64,000 nt of DNA from Candidatus Heimdallarchaeum aukensis (GTDB lineage: Archaea > Asgardarchaeota > Heimdallarchaeia > Heimdallarchaeales > Heimdallarchaeaceae): contig CP084166.1 of assembly GCA_021513695.1 (NCBI GenBank), positions 2,656,001 to 2,720,000 on the forward strand, written 5' to 3'. Numbering within the stretch: position 1 is the first letter of the stretch; each line of letters opens with the position of its first letter. The translations under genes and the position numbers were made by a program. Below the pieces are notes generated by a model. The model was given only the letters and a program-made list of their open reading frames with translations. It did not search any database and had not been told where the DNA came from. Positions 28,008 through 37,806 of the stretch are shown here, piece by piece.

Positions 28008-29414
28008 TTAATGTTTTCCCGCAAGTACTTCATTGGTGTTGAATACTTGGATTGTATTAGTTTTTCTTGGTATGCCTAAATAGCTTCCTCCTACTAATAC
28101 TACAGTGTCATCATCCTTCAAATGTTCCTCATTAATTAATCGTGAAATACAAGTGTAAACTAGTTGATCATAATCTGTTTCATATGTGTGGAAAATAGGC
28201 TTCACTCCCCAATAGAGTTGTACTCTTCTTAATGTCCTCTTTTCGGGTGTAGAGGCAAATATTGGTAAGTGCAATCTATATTTTGACACCATTTGCGAAC
28301 TATAACCTGTACGAGTAAGAGCAATTATAGCTTTAGCAGAAAGATTCTGAGCAATATCGACAGCTGCTTTTCCTATAGATTCTTCTATGTTTTTAGCTTT
28401 ATACCTTGGAATAAAAGTGAGATCGCTTTTTTCTGCTTCTCTAATAATTTGATCCATTACGTTGATTACAGTAATAGGATGAATTCCTGTAGCAGTTTCA
28501 GCGGACAACATCACTGCATCAGCACCATCAAAAACAGCATGGGCAACATCACTAGCCTCAGCACGAGTTGGGATAGGTTCAATTGTCATTGATTCGAGCA
28601 TCTGTGTAGCAACGATCACTGGTTTTCCAAGTTCCATTCCCATTTGAATATATTGTTTTTGTAAAACTGGCACTCTCTCAGGGCCTATTTCAATTCCTAG
28701 GTCTCCTCTTGCAACCATTAATCCATCACAATTCTTCATGATGGACTTAACGTTATTCACTGCATCAATATGCTCAATCTTTGCAATTATGGGAATATAT
28801 TGAGATGTTGAGGATTTTATTATCTCTTTTATCTTCTTAATGTCTTTGACATCTCTTACAAAACTTATGAAAAGATAATCGACTTCTAAATCACAAGCCT
28901 TTTCAATATCCTTTATGTCTTTTTTAGTTGGCACATGTAAAGTTAAATTTGAATCAGGAACATTCACTCCTTTTCTTGTTGATATTGTTCCGCCATCTCT
29001 AACTACGCATTTAATTAAACTCCCATCAATTTCTAAAACCTCTAGTTTTACTAAACCATCATTAATAAAAATAGGTGAACCCACTTTCACTTCTTTGTAT
29101 AAATCTTTGTAATTAACTGAAAAGTAATTTTTTGTACTTATTATTGATTCATCATTGGTTATTGTTACCTTTTCACCAATTTCTAGTGAAACTGCCTCTT
29201 TAAATTTTCCAATACGTATTTTGGGACCAGCTATATCAATTGCTATTGCAATATTAGGACAATTTTCTCTAATTCTATTAAAAATTGTTTCATGTTCGTT
29301 GTGAGTTCCATGAGAGAAATTTAATCTAGCTACATTCATTCCAGCTTTTTCCATCTTTTTCAGCATTTCTGCAGAATCAGATGATGGCCCAATAGTGCAA
29401 ACAATTTTAGTCAT
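28008..29414 (-). CDS. pyk: pyruvate kinase
   Basis: The motifs are MTKIVCTIGPSS, ARLNFSHG, IAKIEH and MVARGDLGIEIG, followed by a C-terminal regulatory domain. The ATG at 29414 is preferred over the track's TTG at 29420. Confidence 0.9.
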   Translation of the reverse strand: MTKIVCTIGPSSDSAEMLKKMEKAGMNVARLNFSHGTHNEHETIFNRIRENCPNIAIAIDIAGPKIRIGKFKEAVSLEIGEKVTITNDESIISTKNYFSVNYKDLYKEVKVGSPIFINDGLVKLEVLEIDGSLIKCVVRDGGTISTRKGVNVPDSNLTLHVPTKKDIKDIEKACDLEVDYLFISFVRDVKDIKKIKEIIKSSTSQYIPIIAKIEHIDAVNNVKSIMKNCDGLMVARGDLGIEIGPERVPVLQKQYIQMGMELGKPVIVATQMLESMTIEPIPTRAEASDVAHAVFDGADAVMLSAETATGIHPITVINVMDQIIREAEKSDLTFIPRYKAKNIEESIGKAAVDIAQNLSAKAIIALTRTGYSSQMVSKYRLHLPIFASTPEKRTLRRVQLYWGVKPIFHTYETDYDQLVYTCISRLINEEHLKDDDTVVLVGGSYLGIPRKTNTIQVFNTNEVLAGKH

Positions 29415-29637
29415 TCTCAACTTTAATCGTCTAAGTATTCGTATTTTTACTTAAAAGATTATGCTTGTGTTCTTTCTCCAAATTTGAAAAAACAACCTTT
29501 TTTTGCAAGTGTAACTGTTTCAAAGAATTGATTTTCCTATCTAGAGGACCAATCAGTTATTTTTTTTTAAGAAATCCTAATTTGTTATTGTTTCTCTTGC
29601 GAAAGTTTAAAAATGTAAATTTGCTCTTTTCATTGAA

Positions 29638-30948
29638 ATGGAAGAAAATTCAAAAACTCTTGTTAGTGGGATTAAAGCAAATTTAGTATATCCAGAATCT
29701 AAAGTAAAACCAGTCTTTAATTTTGAAAATATGATAGTTGAACATTATAAACGATTTCCACGAACTGCAGTTTTAATCGAAAATCCAAAATATGCAAAAG
29801 CTCTAATGAACCCTCTAAAATCATTTTATCTAGTACCTATTGCCATTTTCAAAGTCAAATTTAATACTGTTCTCTCAATGAAATTTTGGAATTATATCGC
29901 TTTGTGGTTATACATCCTTATTGTTTCTATTCCTAACTCTGTTTTTATGTATATAACGTTTAGTAGCAACAAAATTTTGGGAGACATAACTTTTTCAGTT
30001 ATTATACCCATGTTGGTTTCATCCCTAGTAGCTCTTTGGTATTTGAAATTTACTCATGATGGTTTCTTTGGATTGATTATAGAGAAAAAAGTTGAATGGT
30101 TAGAAAAGCCTGTAAAAGAATATTATGATAAATATTATGATAAAAAATTTAGCTTAAATATTGTTTTAGTTGTTTTAAGTGTCTTAACATCATTAGGAGT
30201 GGGAATTCCTGTATTAATTTATGCTTCAAGTCAAGGTTTACAATCTGCAATTATATTTGGAGTTATAGGAATGATTTGTAATTTCGTAGTTTTTTATATT
30301 TTCTACTTATCTTTACAATATACTATATTAAACACCAAAATCTATTCTAAAGTATTAAACGCAATAAAAAGTAGAATTGATATCTATCTCAATGAGTATG
30401 GAACTTTGTTAAATAGTGAAAATTACGAAATTATTTGGGCTCTAGGAGATACCCCTGGAAGATCAATAAGGCAGCTTGAAAATATACCCGTGGCTGGAGT
30501 GTTATCTGCGTTAATAGTAACAATTGCCATGTTGATGGGAACAATTAATCAAGCAGTCCTTGGAGTAGTCAAAGGGAATATGCCAACAGTGAATGTATTC
30601 AATTCGCAAATGAGTCTTAACGCAATAATAGCTGCAATCTCCCTAGTTATAGCTATCATAATAGTACTAATTGTTGTTCTTCCATTGTATATCTTCAGTG
30701 GAAAAATGAAGAAATTCAAAATTAAAGCTTTAATAGAACTTGATAACTATATTTTTGCAAATGTAATGGAATTTGAACAACGCTATTCTGAACTTGCAAA
30801 GCAAGAAACAGTAACAATATTTGCTCTCAGAGAGTATATATCGGGTATGAGAACAATTCCTATTTCAGCAGCAAAGATTATCAAAAGTTTAACAGCTGTT
30901 GCAGTATGGTTTGTAAATGTCCGAAAAATAATTAGAGCGTTTAATTAA
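29638..30948 (+). CDS. polytopic membrane protein of unknown function (upstream partner of the tubulin/FtsZ-like gene)
   Basis: It is 436 aa with many long hydrophobic segments, for example IALWLYILIVSIP, ITFSVIIPMLVSSLVALWYL, IVLVVLSVLTSLGVGIPVLIYA, IIFGVIGMICNFVVFYIFYL and IIAAISLVIAIIIVLIVVLPLYIF. I recognised no family motif. Its stop lies 10 nt before the next ATG. Confidence 0.5.
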   Translation: MEENSKTLVSGIKANLVYPESKVKPVFNFENMIVEHYKRFPRTAVLIENPKYAKALMNPLKSFYLVPIAIFKVKFNTVLSMKFWNYIALWLYILIVSIPNSVFMYITFSSNKILGDITFSVIIPMLVSSLVALWYLKFTHDGFFGLIIEKKVEWLEKPVKEYYDKYYDKKFSLNIVLVVLSVLTSLGVGIPVLIYASSQGLQSAIIFGVIGMICNFVVFYIFYLSLQYTILNTKIYSKVLNAIKSRIDIYLNEYGTLLNSENYEIIWALGDTPGRSIRQLENIPVAGVLSALIVTIAMLMGTINQAVLGVVKGNMPTVNVFNSQMSLNAIIAAISLVIAIIIVLIVVLPLYIFSGKMKKFKIKALIELDNYIFANVMEFEQRYSELAKQETVTIFALREYISGMRTIPISAAKIIKSLTAVAVWFVNVRKIIRAFN

Positions 30949-30958
30949 GTGAGGAAAA

Positions 30959-32098
30959 ATGTCGTTCTTAAAGAAACTTAGAAAAAAATCAATAGATATC
31001 GCAGTAATTGCTGTTGGTGACGCAGCTTGTATAATAGGTGCTAAATTTATCCAAAATTTAAAAGAAAATAAGATTAATGTCAAATCTCTGGCAGTGAACA
31101 CAAAGAACAACTTTGGTTCTAAGATTTCTGATCCTTATAATGACAAGTTTTGGTTTGCTGAGCAATATTCTTCTACAAATCGTAATTTAGAATTTGCAAG
31201 AAAGCTTTTAGAAGAAAGAAAAGAGGTTCTAACTGATAAATTGAGGAATGTTGTCTTTTATCGTTTAGATGATAAAAAACGTAAAGAGAAACTCGCTTTA
31301 CATCTTATAATTGCTAGTGGAGGAGGAACTGGTTCAGCAGGTTCAATGATAATAAGTAAAATAATCAAGGATATAACTGGCGAATCTCCAACAATAATAT
31401 TTATTGTTCCTGAAAAGCATGAACCTTCTATTGTTCAATATAACACAGCAACAGCTTTGTTCTATCTAGGATTTGATAGTCTAGGTCCTAATTGTCCTAC
31501 TATTCTTTTTGACAATGAAAAATTAATTTCAGTTGATGAAACTTTGGATATTAAAAAGGCATTGGACTATTGTAATAACTATCTAGCTGATACTCTCTCT
31601 ACTACTATTTTAGCAGCTCTGCAAGAATCATCTCATGAAGAATTTAATGCTGGTTTAAATGATTTCTTCAAATCTTTTAGTTCTGAAGCAAAAGGAATAG
31701 GTGTTATTATCTCTGTCGATAAAACTTTTGAATCGTTAGAAAAAGCACAAAATATTAGGTTTTCTGACATATTCTTCAAAGAATTAGAACTAACATCAAG
31801 TTTAACTGCAGACATTACTAAAGCAAGGTTGGGCTTCCTATCTATTATCGCTCCTCATTCTTATCAGACAACTTTTGAAACCAAAAAGATAGTAAAAAGA
31901 TTCGAAAAAGGGTCAATTAAAGTCTCATTAACAGCTTTAGAAGAGCCTATACTTTTAATACGCGGTGTAATAACGGGGTTGCATCCTGATTTCATTGAGA
32001 GATTTTGGGATATTTTTGAACGGGCTAGAGATTCGAGAAAAGAAATTCTAATCCTAGAAGAGCAAATAAGAAACATGAAATTAGTTTTTTCCAACTAA
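30959..32098 (+). CDS. divergent FtsZ/tubulin/CetZ-superfamily GTPase homologue
   Basis: The tubulin/FtsZ signature reads LIIASGGGTGSAGSMIISKI (GGGTGS at nt 31319-31336). After it come IIFIVPEKHEPSIVQYNTATAL (T5/H5-like; compare tubulin VVEPYNA), TILFDNEKL (compare FtsZ vIpNDkL) and NAGLNDFFKS (T7-like NxDF). The N-terminal IAVIAVGDAACIIG stands in place of the GxGxxG T1 loop. Confidence 0.55.
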   Translation: MSFLKKLRKKSIDIAVIAVGDAACIIGAKFIQNLKENKINVKSLAVNTKNNFGSKISDPYNDKFWFAEQYSSTNRNLEFARKLLEERKEVLTDKLRNVVFYRLDDKKRKEKLALHLIIASGGGTGSAGSMIISKIIKDITGESPTIIFIVPEKHEPSIVQYNTATALFYLGFDSLGPNCPTILFDNEKLISVDETLDIKKALDYCNNYLADTLSTTILAALQESSHEEFNAGLNDFFKSFSSEAKGIGVIISVDKTFESLEKAQNIRFSDIFFKELELTSSLTADITKARLGFLSIIAPHSYQTTFETKKIVKRFEKGSIKVSLTALEEPILLIRGVITGLHPDFIERFWDIFERARDSRKEILILEEQIRNMKLVFSN

Positions 32099-32152
32099 TT
32101 TCTTATTTGTGACCGTGATAAACCTTATTAATTTAATGCAAGTTTTTCATTA

Positions 32153-35125
32153 ATGAATAGTCTAAATCCAAAGAAGGTAGGTAAAAAGCTCCAAAGGAGA
32201 ATTAAAGGAAAAGTAGTTTGGGACAAAGTTTCTAGATACTTGTATTCCACCGATGCTAGTATCTATAAACTTATGCCCTTGATTGTTGCTCAACCTAAAT
32301 GCACAGAAGATGTCCAAGAAATAGTAAAATTCTGTAATAAACACAAACTTTCTATTCATCCTCGAGGTGCAGGAACAGGGTTGGGAGGACAAGCTTTAGG
32401 AGAGGGCGTGGTAATAGATTTTGCAAGATTTATGCGTAACATAATCGAAATTAACCTTGAAGAAGACTATGTCTGGACTGAGGTAGGAATAAAGGGTGCC
32501 CCCTTACAAAAAAGATTAGGGGAATATAATAAATACATTCCTCCAGATCCAAGTAGTCAAGATTATGCTACCTTGGGTGGAATGATTGCAAATAATGCTT
32601 CTGGCTCTCATTCTGTGAAATATGGTGATTGTGATAAATGGGTAGAAGAATTGGAAGTTGTTCTTGCAGACGGAAATGTAATTCATACTAAAGAATACGA
32701 TATTGAGAGTGAAGAGTTTAAAAGAATATTAGAAAAGGATACACTAGAATCATACATATATAAAAACCTGTTAGAACTTTGGAAAAAGAATGAAGAAAAA
32801 ATAAAGAAAGCTTATCCTCCTGTCCCACATAATGCTACAGGATATGAACTTAGAAAACTGATTTACGACGGAAAAATAAATCTTACAAGGTTATTTGTTG
32901 GTTCTGAAGGTACATTTGGGGTTATAACAAAAGCAAAAATGAGAATCAAGACCAAACCAAAATACAAAGTTCTTTCAACAGTCTATTTTGATGATTTAGT
33001 AAAAGCAGGAAAGGCAATTCAATATATTTTAGAACAAGATCCAGCAGCCATTGAATTACTAGGTAAAAAACTTCTAAATATGGCAAGAGAACGATATCCT
33101 TCTCTAGATAAGAAACTACCTAAAGAATTAGATACGATGCTTTTAGTTGAATTTGAAGGAGATGACTTAGAAGAATGCAAAAAGCTAACTGAAATTACAA
33201 AAAAGAAAGTTACTCAAACTGAAAAACTAGCTTTTGAATTTCTCTCGGCAGAAGATCCTGAAGAACAAGCTAATCTATGGGAAGCAAGAAAGTCTGCTGT
33301 GCCACTTTTGTATAAAATTAAAGGAGATAAGAAAATAATTGCATTAATTGAAGATGCAGTAGTTCCTCCAGAGCATCTAGCAAGATATGTAACAGAATTG
33401 GAGAAAGCTTGTAAAGATCTGGGAGTTGAATTTATTGCATATGGACATGCAGCAAAAGGATTACTACACAATCGCCCTCTAATAGATATGAAAAACCCTG
33501 AAGATATAAAGAAAATGCAAAAGTTAGCAGATAAAAGCTTTGAACTAGTTAAGGAGCTTGGGGGCGCAATAAGCGGTGAGCATTCAGATGGAAGGATAAG
33601 GGCGAAGTATATAAAACCACAATATGGAGAAGAAGTTTTTAATATTTTTAGAGAAGTAAAAAGAACCTTTGACCCTGAAAACATGTTCAATCCTGATATT
33701 AAAGTAATGGCTAAAGAAGATGTTCAAATTAGTAATTTGAAATTTGGAGAAAAATACAAGCCCAAAGCTCATAACACAATTCTAAACCTTGGTTCAGAAG
33801 AATATCAAAGAATCATTGAGACATGTATTGGTTGCGGAAAGTGTGGTATCGACGAACCAATTCTAGTTATGTGCCCAGTATATAAAGGTAAGCCTTACGA
33901 GCACACTTTAACTAGAGGAAAGAATAACATACTCAGAGGATATATTGAAGGAGAATTTACTCTTAAAGAATTACTAGAAAACGATGTCTTTGAGTTTATT
34001 ATTTACAATTGTGTGAATTGTCAGCAATGTATGTATGATTGTCCAAGCGAGGTAGACACAGCTATTTTGATGACAGAAATGAAAATACAATACATGGAAT
34101 ACCATAAACCTACATTGAAAAACCTATTTTCAACAATCAAATTACACAGAACTTTCCATTGGACTTATCAATATTTACGTAATTTTTCACTTGCTAAAAT
34201 AGATCTTATAGGGAAATTGGCATCGATATTTTCTCCTTTCTCTAATTGGATGACTAGTTTTATACTTACTAGATTCGGAATGCATTTGACAATAGGTATC
34301 GATTATAGGAGAAAGATGCCAGCTTTCCAAAGAAAGACATTCGTTAAATGGTGGAAGAAGCATCAAAAAACAGCTAATGCTGAAGAACCAAAGAAAGAAA
34401 AACTAAAAGTCGTTTATTTCCATGGTTGTTCAGCAAATACGATTACACCTGAAGTAGGAAAATCAACTGTTGAATTGTTAGAAAAACTAGGTGTAGAAGT
34501 TGTTGTACCTCCACAAAAATGCTGTGGAAGTCCAGCTTATTCTTATGGTGCTAAGAGTGTTCTAGATAAAAATGTTAAATTCAATTTAGATAGCTTAAGT
34601 CAATATTTAGATGATGGTTGTGATGCAATTGTTACTAGTTGTACTAGTTGTTCTCTTGCTCTTAAAAGTGAATATAAACATATAACTAACAATGAGAAAG
34701 CATTGAAGGTTTCTGAAAAAACCTTTCTTACTACTGAATTTGTTGATAAACTATTAAAAGAAAATAAGCTGGATGTTGAATTCAAGCCAGTTAAAGCTAA
34801 AGTACTCTATCATACATCATGCCACTTAAAAGCACAAAGAGAAATTACAACTATTTCTTTTGATCTCCTCAATAAAATACCAGAACTCGAAGTGGAAAAA
34901 GGTCCAAATACTTGCTGTGGTGTTTCTGGAAGTTGGGGAATGAAAAAAGAAAATTACTACGCTTCAATGAAAATCGGACATTGGCTTTTTGATTCTGTAA
35001 AACAAGAAGATATTGATGTTGCTGTCACAGATTGCCCAACTTGTAAAATGCAAATTGAGCATGGAACATCTAAAGAAGTTGATCATCCAGTGATTCTTCT
35101 TTACAAGTCAATAACTGTTAAATAA
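32153..35125 (+). CDS. FAD-linked oxidase fused to Fe-S/CCG domains (YdiJ / GlcD-GlpC-like D-2-hydroxyacid dehydrogenase family)
   Basis: The N-terminal FAD-binding PCMH-type region reads HPRGAGTGLGGQALG. The central ferredoxin motifs are CIGCGKCG and CVNCQQCMYDCP. The C-terminal CCG-type domains read FHGC...KCCGSP...CTSC and HTSC...TCCGVSG...CPTC. It is 990 aa. Confidence 0.7.
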   Translation: MNSLNPKKVGKKLQRRIKGKVVWDKVSRYLYSTDASIYKLMPLIVAQPKCTEDVQEIVKFCNKHKLSIHPRGAGTGLGGQALGEGVVIDFARFMRNIIEINLEEDYVWTEVGIKGAPLQKRLGEYNKYIPPDPSSQDYATLGGMIANNASGSHSVKYGDCDKWVEELEVVLADGNVIHTKEYDIESEEFKRILEKDTLESYIYKNLLELWKKNEEKIKKAYPPVPHNATGYELRKLIYDGKINLTRLFVGSEGTFGVITKAKMRIKTKPKYKVLSTVYFDDLVKAGKAIQYILEQDPAAIELLGKKLLNMARERYPSLDKKLPKELDTMLLVEFEGDDLEECKKLTEITKKKVTQTEKLAFEFLSAEDPEEQANLWEARKSAVPLLYKIKGDKKIIALIEDAVVPPEHLARYVTELEKACKDLGVEFIAYGHAAKGLLHNRPLIDMKNPEDIKKMQKLADKSFELVKELGGAISGEHSDGRIRAKYIKPQYGEEVFNIFREVKRTFDPENMFNPDIKVMAKEDVQISNLKFGEKYKPKAHNTILNLGSEEYQRIIETCIGCGKCGIDEPILVMCPVYKGKPYEHTLTRGKNNILRGYIEGEFTLKELLENDVFEFIIYNCVNCQQCMYDCPSEVDTAILMTEMKIQYMEYHKPTLKNLFSTIKLHRTFHWTYQYLRNFSLAKIDLIGKLASIFSPFSNWMTSFILTRFGMHLTIGIDYRRKMPAFQRKTFVKWWKKHQKTANAEEPKKEKLKVVYFHGCSANTITPEVGKSTVELLEKLGVEVVVPPQKCCGSPAYSYGAKSVLDKNVKFNLDSLSQYLDDGCDAIVTSCTSCSLALKSEYKHITNNEKALKVSEKTFLTTEFVDKLLKENKLDVEFKPVKAKVLYHTSCHLKAQREITTISFDLLNKIPELEVEKGPNTCCGVSGSWGMKKENYYASMKIGHWLFDSVKQEDIDVAVTDCPTCKMQIEHGTSKEVDHPVILLYKSITVK

Positions 35126-35214
35126 TAAAATACAGCAAATCTGATTTTTTCTTTTTCATTTTTTTTCAAATAGCAAAGAATTTATAGTTCAATCTGAACA
35201 TATTGTTGTTAAAC

Positions 35215-36180
35215 ATGAGCGAAACAGAACCTTGTCCTTATTGTTTTAGAGAAATTAAAAAAGGGGTAAATTTTTGTAAATATTGTGGCTCTGCAATAAA
35301 ATATTGTCCAGAATGTAATTCTGCAAATAAAGCTGAAAGCCTTTTCTGTAGTTCTTGTGGAAAAGATATTAGAGATATCATCGCGAAAAAGAGAGAGACA
35401 GAGCCTCCAATCTCTCATCGCGTTGTTGGTCCAACTGCAAGTCAAAAAATAGTTATGTGGCCTCCTCCAGGCCAATTTTTTCCAACACAACCAAAATATA
35501 GACCTTATCAAACACCAGAGGAACAATTATTTGGAACAGCAGATAAACAAGAGTCTTTTCAACCAAAAATCGTTTATCCTTATTCGAAGGTAGCAATACT
35601 CGGGTTCTTGAGAGGTCCAATCTCAACTTCAAAAGTTTTTTCTTCTGTTATTGAAGCATTTGCTTATGGACTGTCTCTCATTGCCGCAGGAGTGTTAATC
35701 ATAAGTTTAAGTTTTCTTTTTCTCCAAACTTTGATCTTACCAATAATAGGATTGCTGTGGGGAGGAACTTTAATTCTATCTGCTCCTTTTTTCGGTATGT
35801 ATTTTGTTACTTCAAGCTGGTTATATAAAGCATTTAAAATTAAAAAACCTGTTAGCGATATGACTATATTGTGGAACTATCTGTTTAGTATAATTTTCTT
35901 TTCCTTTATTTCGCTCATTTTATTACCTTTGCTCGCAACAAACACTCTATTTGCTACAATTTTTGGGATAATAGCTTTAATTGTTATCTTTGCTGTATTA
36001 ATTGTGATCCCACTAAAAGCTTTTCTTATTGACTTAGCCTACGTAAAAGCAGCTGTAATGGAACGAGAGAGTCAAAAAGATAAAGAAGAAACTTCAGATG
36101 AAGATAAAACTCAAAACGATAAAGAGGAAGTTGAAGAAACAAAAAAAGAAGCTTATAAAATAGAAAAAAAGGAAAGTTAA
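35215..36180 (+). CDS. zinc-ribbon membrane protein of unknown function
   Basis: The N-terminus has a double zinc ribbon, CPYC..CKYCG and CPEC..CSSCG. Four or more hydrophobic helices follow, then an acidic/Lys-rich tail. The ATG at 35215 is preferred over the track's TTG at 35203. Confidence 0.5.
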   Translation: MSETEPCPYCFREIKKGVNFCKYCGSAIKYCPECNSANKAESLFCSSCGKDIRDIIAKKRETEPPISHRVVGPTASQKIVMWPPPGQFFPTQPKYRPYQTPEEQLFGTADKQESFQPKIVYPYSKVAILGFLRGPISTSKVFSSVIEAFAYGLSLIAAGVLIISLSFLFLQTLILPIIGLLWGGTLILSAPFFGMYFVTSSWLYKAFKIKKPVSDMTILWNYLFSIIFFSFISLILLPLLATNTLFATIFGIIALIVIFAVLIVIPLKAFLIDLAYVKAAVMERESQKDKEETSDEDKTQNDKEEVEETKKEAYKIEKKES

Positions 36181-36758
36181 ACTAATCTTTGAACCAATTT
36201 TACTGTCTTATTATCTTCAGCAATATCCACTATTCCATTATTCCTCAAGTCATAAAGAGCTTTCATAACTGCTGCAGGAGTTATTCCCGTTGTTTTTACT
36301 ATCTCATCTCTTGTCCATTCTTCTTTATCTGTGCCTTGCAATAATAACAGAATTTTGGTGTGAGGATTCGCTGCAAAGACATTTTCAAATAGTATAGAAT
36401 AAATTGCAAGTAGCTCTTCAATATCCATTTCTTTAGCTTTTTCAGCAGCTAACTCTTCATACAATGTTCTAAATTTTGACATAGATTCTTCAAGATTATT
36501 TAACTTTTCTTCATATTCTTTGTTTTTTTGCTCTAATTCATTGACTTTCTCAAGTTTTTCTTTAGTCTCAATGGCTAATTTTTCAAGTTCAGCTTCCTTC
36601 TCTTTTAACTCTTTAGAGTATCTTTTATTTGCTTTCTCTAAATTTTCTGCATATTCAATTAGACCAAGTAAAAGGACGGGTAATTGCTCAAAGTTATCTT
36701 TAATAGAAAAATAAAGTTCTTTAAATTCCTTTAAAGTATTTGAATCTAAGTTTGTCAT
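36177..36758 (-). CDS. coiled-coil protein with C-terminal winged-helix (MarR/TrmB-like) domain
   Basis: The N-terminal half is heptad-like and E/K-rich. The C-terminus TRDEIVKTTGITPAAVMKALYDLRNNGIVDI is a typical wHTH recognition region. Confidence 0.4.
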   Translation of the reverse strand: MTNLDSNTLKEFKELYFSIKDNFEQLPVLLLGLIEYAENLEKANKRYSKELKEKEAELEKLAIETKEKLEKVNELEQKNKEYEEKLNNLEESMSKFRTLYEELAAEKAKEMDIEELLAIYSILFENVFAANPHTKILLLLQGTDKEEWTRDEIVKTTGITPAAVMKALYDLRNNGIVDIAEDNKTVKLVQRLV

Positions 36759-37016
36759 AATACTTTAACTATAATAATTATAGTATTTATTTGTTTTGTA
36801 AAATTATTAGCTAATATTAAATTTAAAGATTTAAACAAGTTATTCATCCTGTTTTCAAATAGAGAGGTGTTTAACTTTCTCTTTTATCTTAATTGACTTG
36901 ATTTTTGTGCAAAGTGGTTGTACGCCAATCTTGTTATCGGGAAAGTTCTATGAATGGTAATGTCTTAATACACAAAACCAAGAACCGGATTAATGTAAAA
37001 AAGCAATTATGAAAAA

Positions 37017-37451
37017 TCAAGTTGATGAGATAATTTCAATTTTATCTCCTACAGATATAATGCCTGGTCTAACGACTTTTGCGAAAATTCCTTCTTCTAT
37101 CATAGCTTTCTTTTTCTCATATTCTTCTGGACTAAATTGCTCTTTTGGTTTTCCTATCTGAACGATTTCTAAAACAACCTTATTTATTTTTATTTTAGTA
37201 CCTATTGGTTTATTATTGAGTTCAATTCCGTCGATTGTTAGATTTTCAAAAAGATCTCCATAACTTAGTTTATCTGGGTTTTTCATAAGTTTTTGAATAC
37301 TCTTTATACTTAATAATGAAACTTGTTTATCCCAATTTCCTGAATGAGAATCTCCTTTTAAACCCAAATTAGTTACTTCTACGGTATTAATGTTCTTTTT
37401 TGGCAATTCTCTCTTTGGGCTAATGTTTACAGCTAAAACTGTACCAATCAT
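37017..37451 (-). CDS. MOSC domain protein
   Basis: At 144 aa it is the size of a stand-alone MOSC protein, and GLKGDSHSGNWDKQVSLLS...LGENLTI-like (FENLTIDG) matches their layout. It is next to AOR and MoaD-like genes. Confidence 0.5.
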   Translation of the reverse strand: MIGTVLAVNISPKRELPKKNINTVEVTNLGLKGDSHSGNWDKQVSLLSIKSIQKLMKNPDKLSYGDLFENLTIDGIELNNKPIGTKIKINKVVLEIVQIGKPKEQFSPEEYEKKKAMIEEGIFAKVVRPGIISVGDKIEIISST

Positions 37452-37520
37452 AAGAGAAAAAAAATAAATGAAAAGTTAAATTTTTCGTAATTTATGAAGA
37501 ATGGAATTACTGAAAAATCA

Positions 37521-37760
37521 TTATCCTCCTCCAATAGGTGGAAACAGTGAGATAGTACAATTGTCTTCTAACAGTTCGCTTTTAGATACTTTTTTCCCGT
37601 TTAAGAGAATAAGATGAATTTCTTCAGGTTTAAAATCTAGTTTTTTTATTACATCTTCAACAGTAGCATTTTCATCAACATCTAATTCTAAAGGATTTAA
37701 ATCGTTAACATGTGGATATTTTTGTCTTAGGTAAGCAAATACTTTGACATAAATTTTCAA
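37521..37760 (-). CDS. MoaD/ThiS-family ubiquitin-like sulfur carrier
   Basis: It is 79 aa and ends in ...SLFPPIGGG (C-terminal Gly-Gly). It lies immediately downstream of aor. Confidence 0.65.
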   Translation of the reverse strand: MKIYVKVFAYLRQKYPHVNDLNPLELDVDENATVEDVIKKLDFKPEEIHLILLNGKKVSKSELLEDNCTISLFPPIGGG

Positions 37761-37806
37761 CTAATTAATCACCTTTGTTGAGTAATAGAAAAAAAAATAA
37801 AAGAGG

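Noticed and set aside
29465-29686. A 73-aa ORF lies upstream of, and overlaps, the membrane-protein gene start.
   Set aside because: It lies in the promoter and 5' region, has low-complexity F/L/K composition, and overlaps the start of a 436-aa ORF in another frame.
33214-33690. A 158-aa minus-strand ORF lies inside the YdiJ-like gene.
   Set aside because: It is antisense to a gene whose FAD and Fe-S motifs are continuous across this region. Its Ser/Leu/Phe-rich composition is typical of a shadow ORF.
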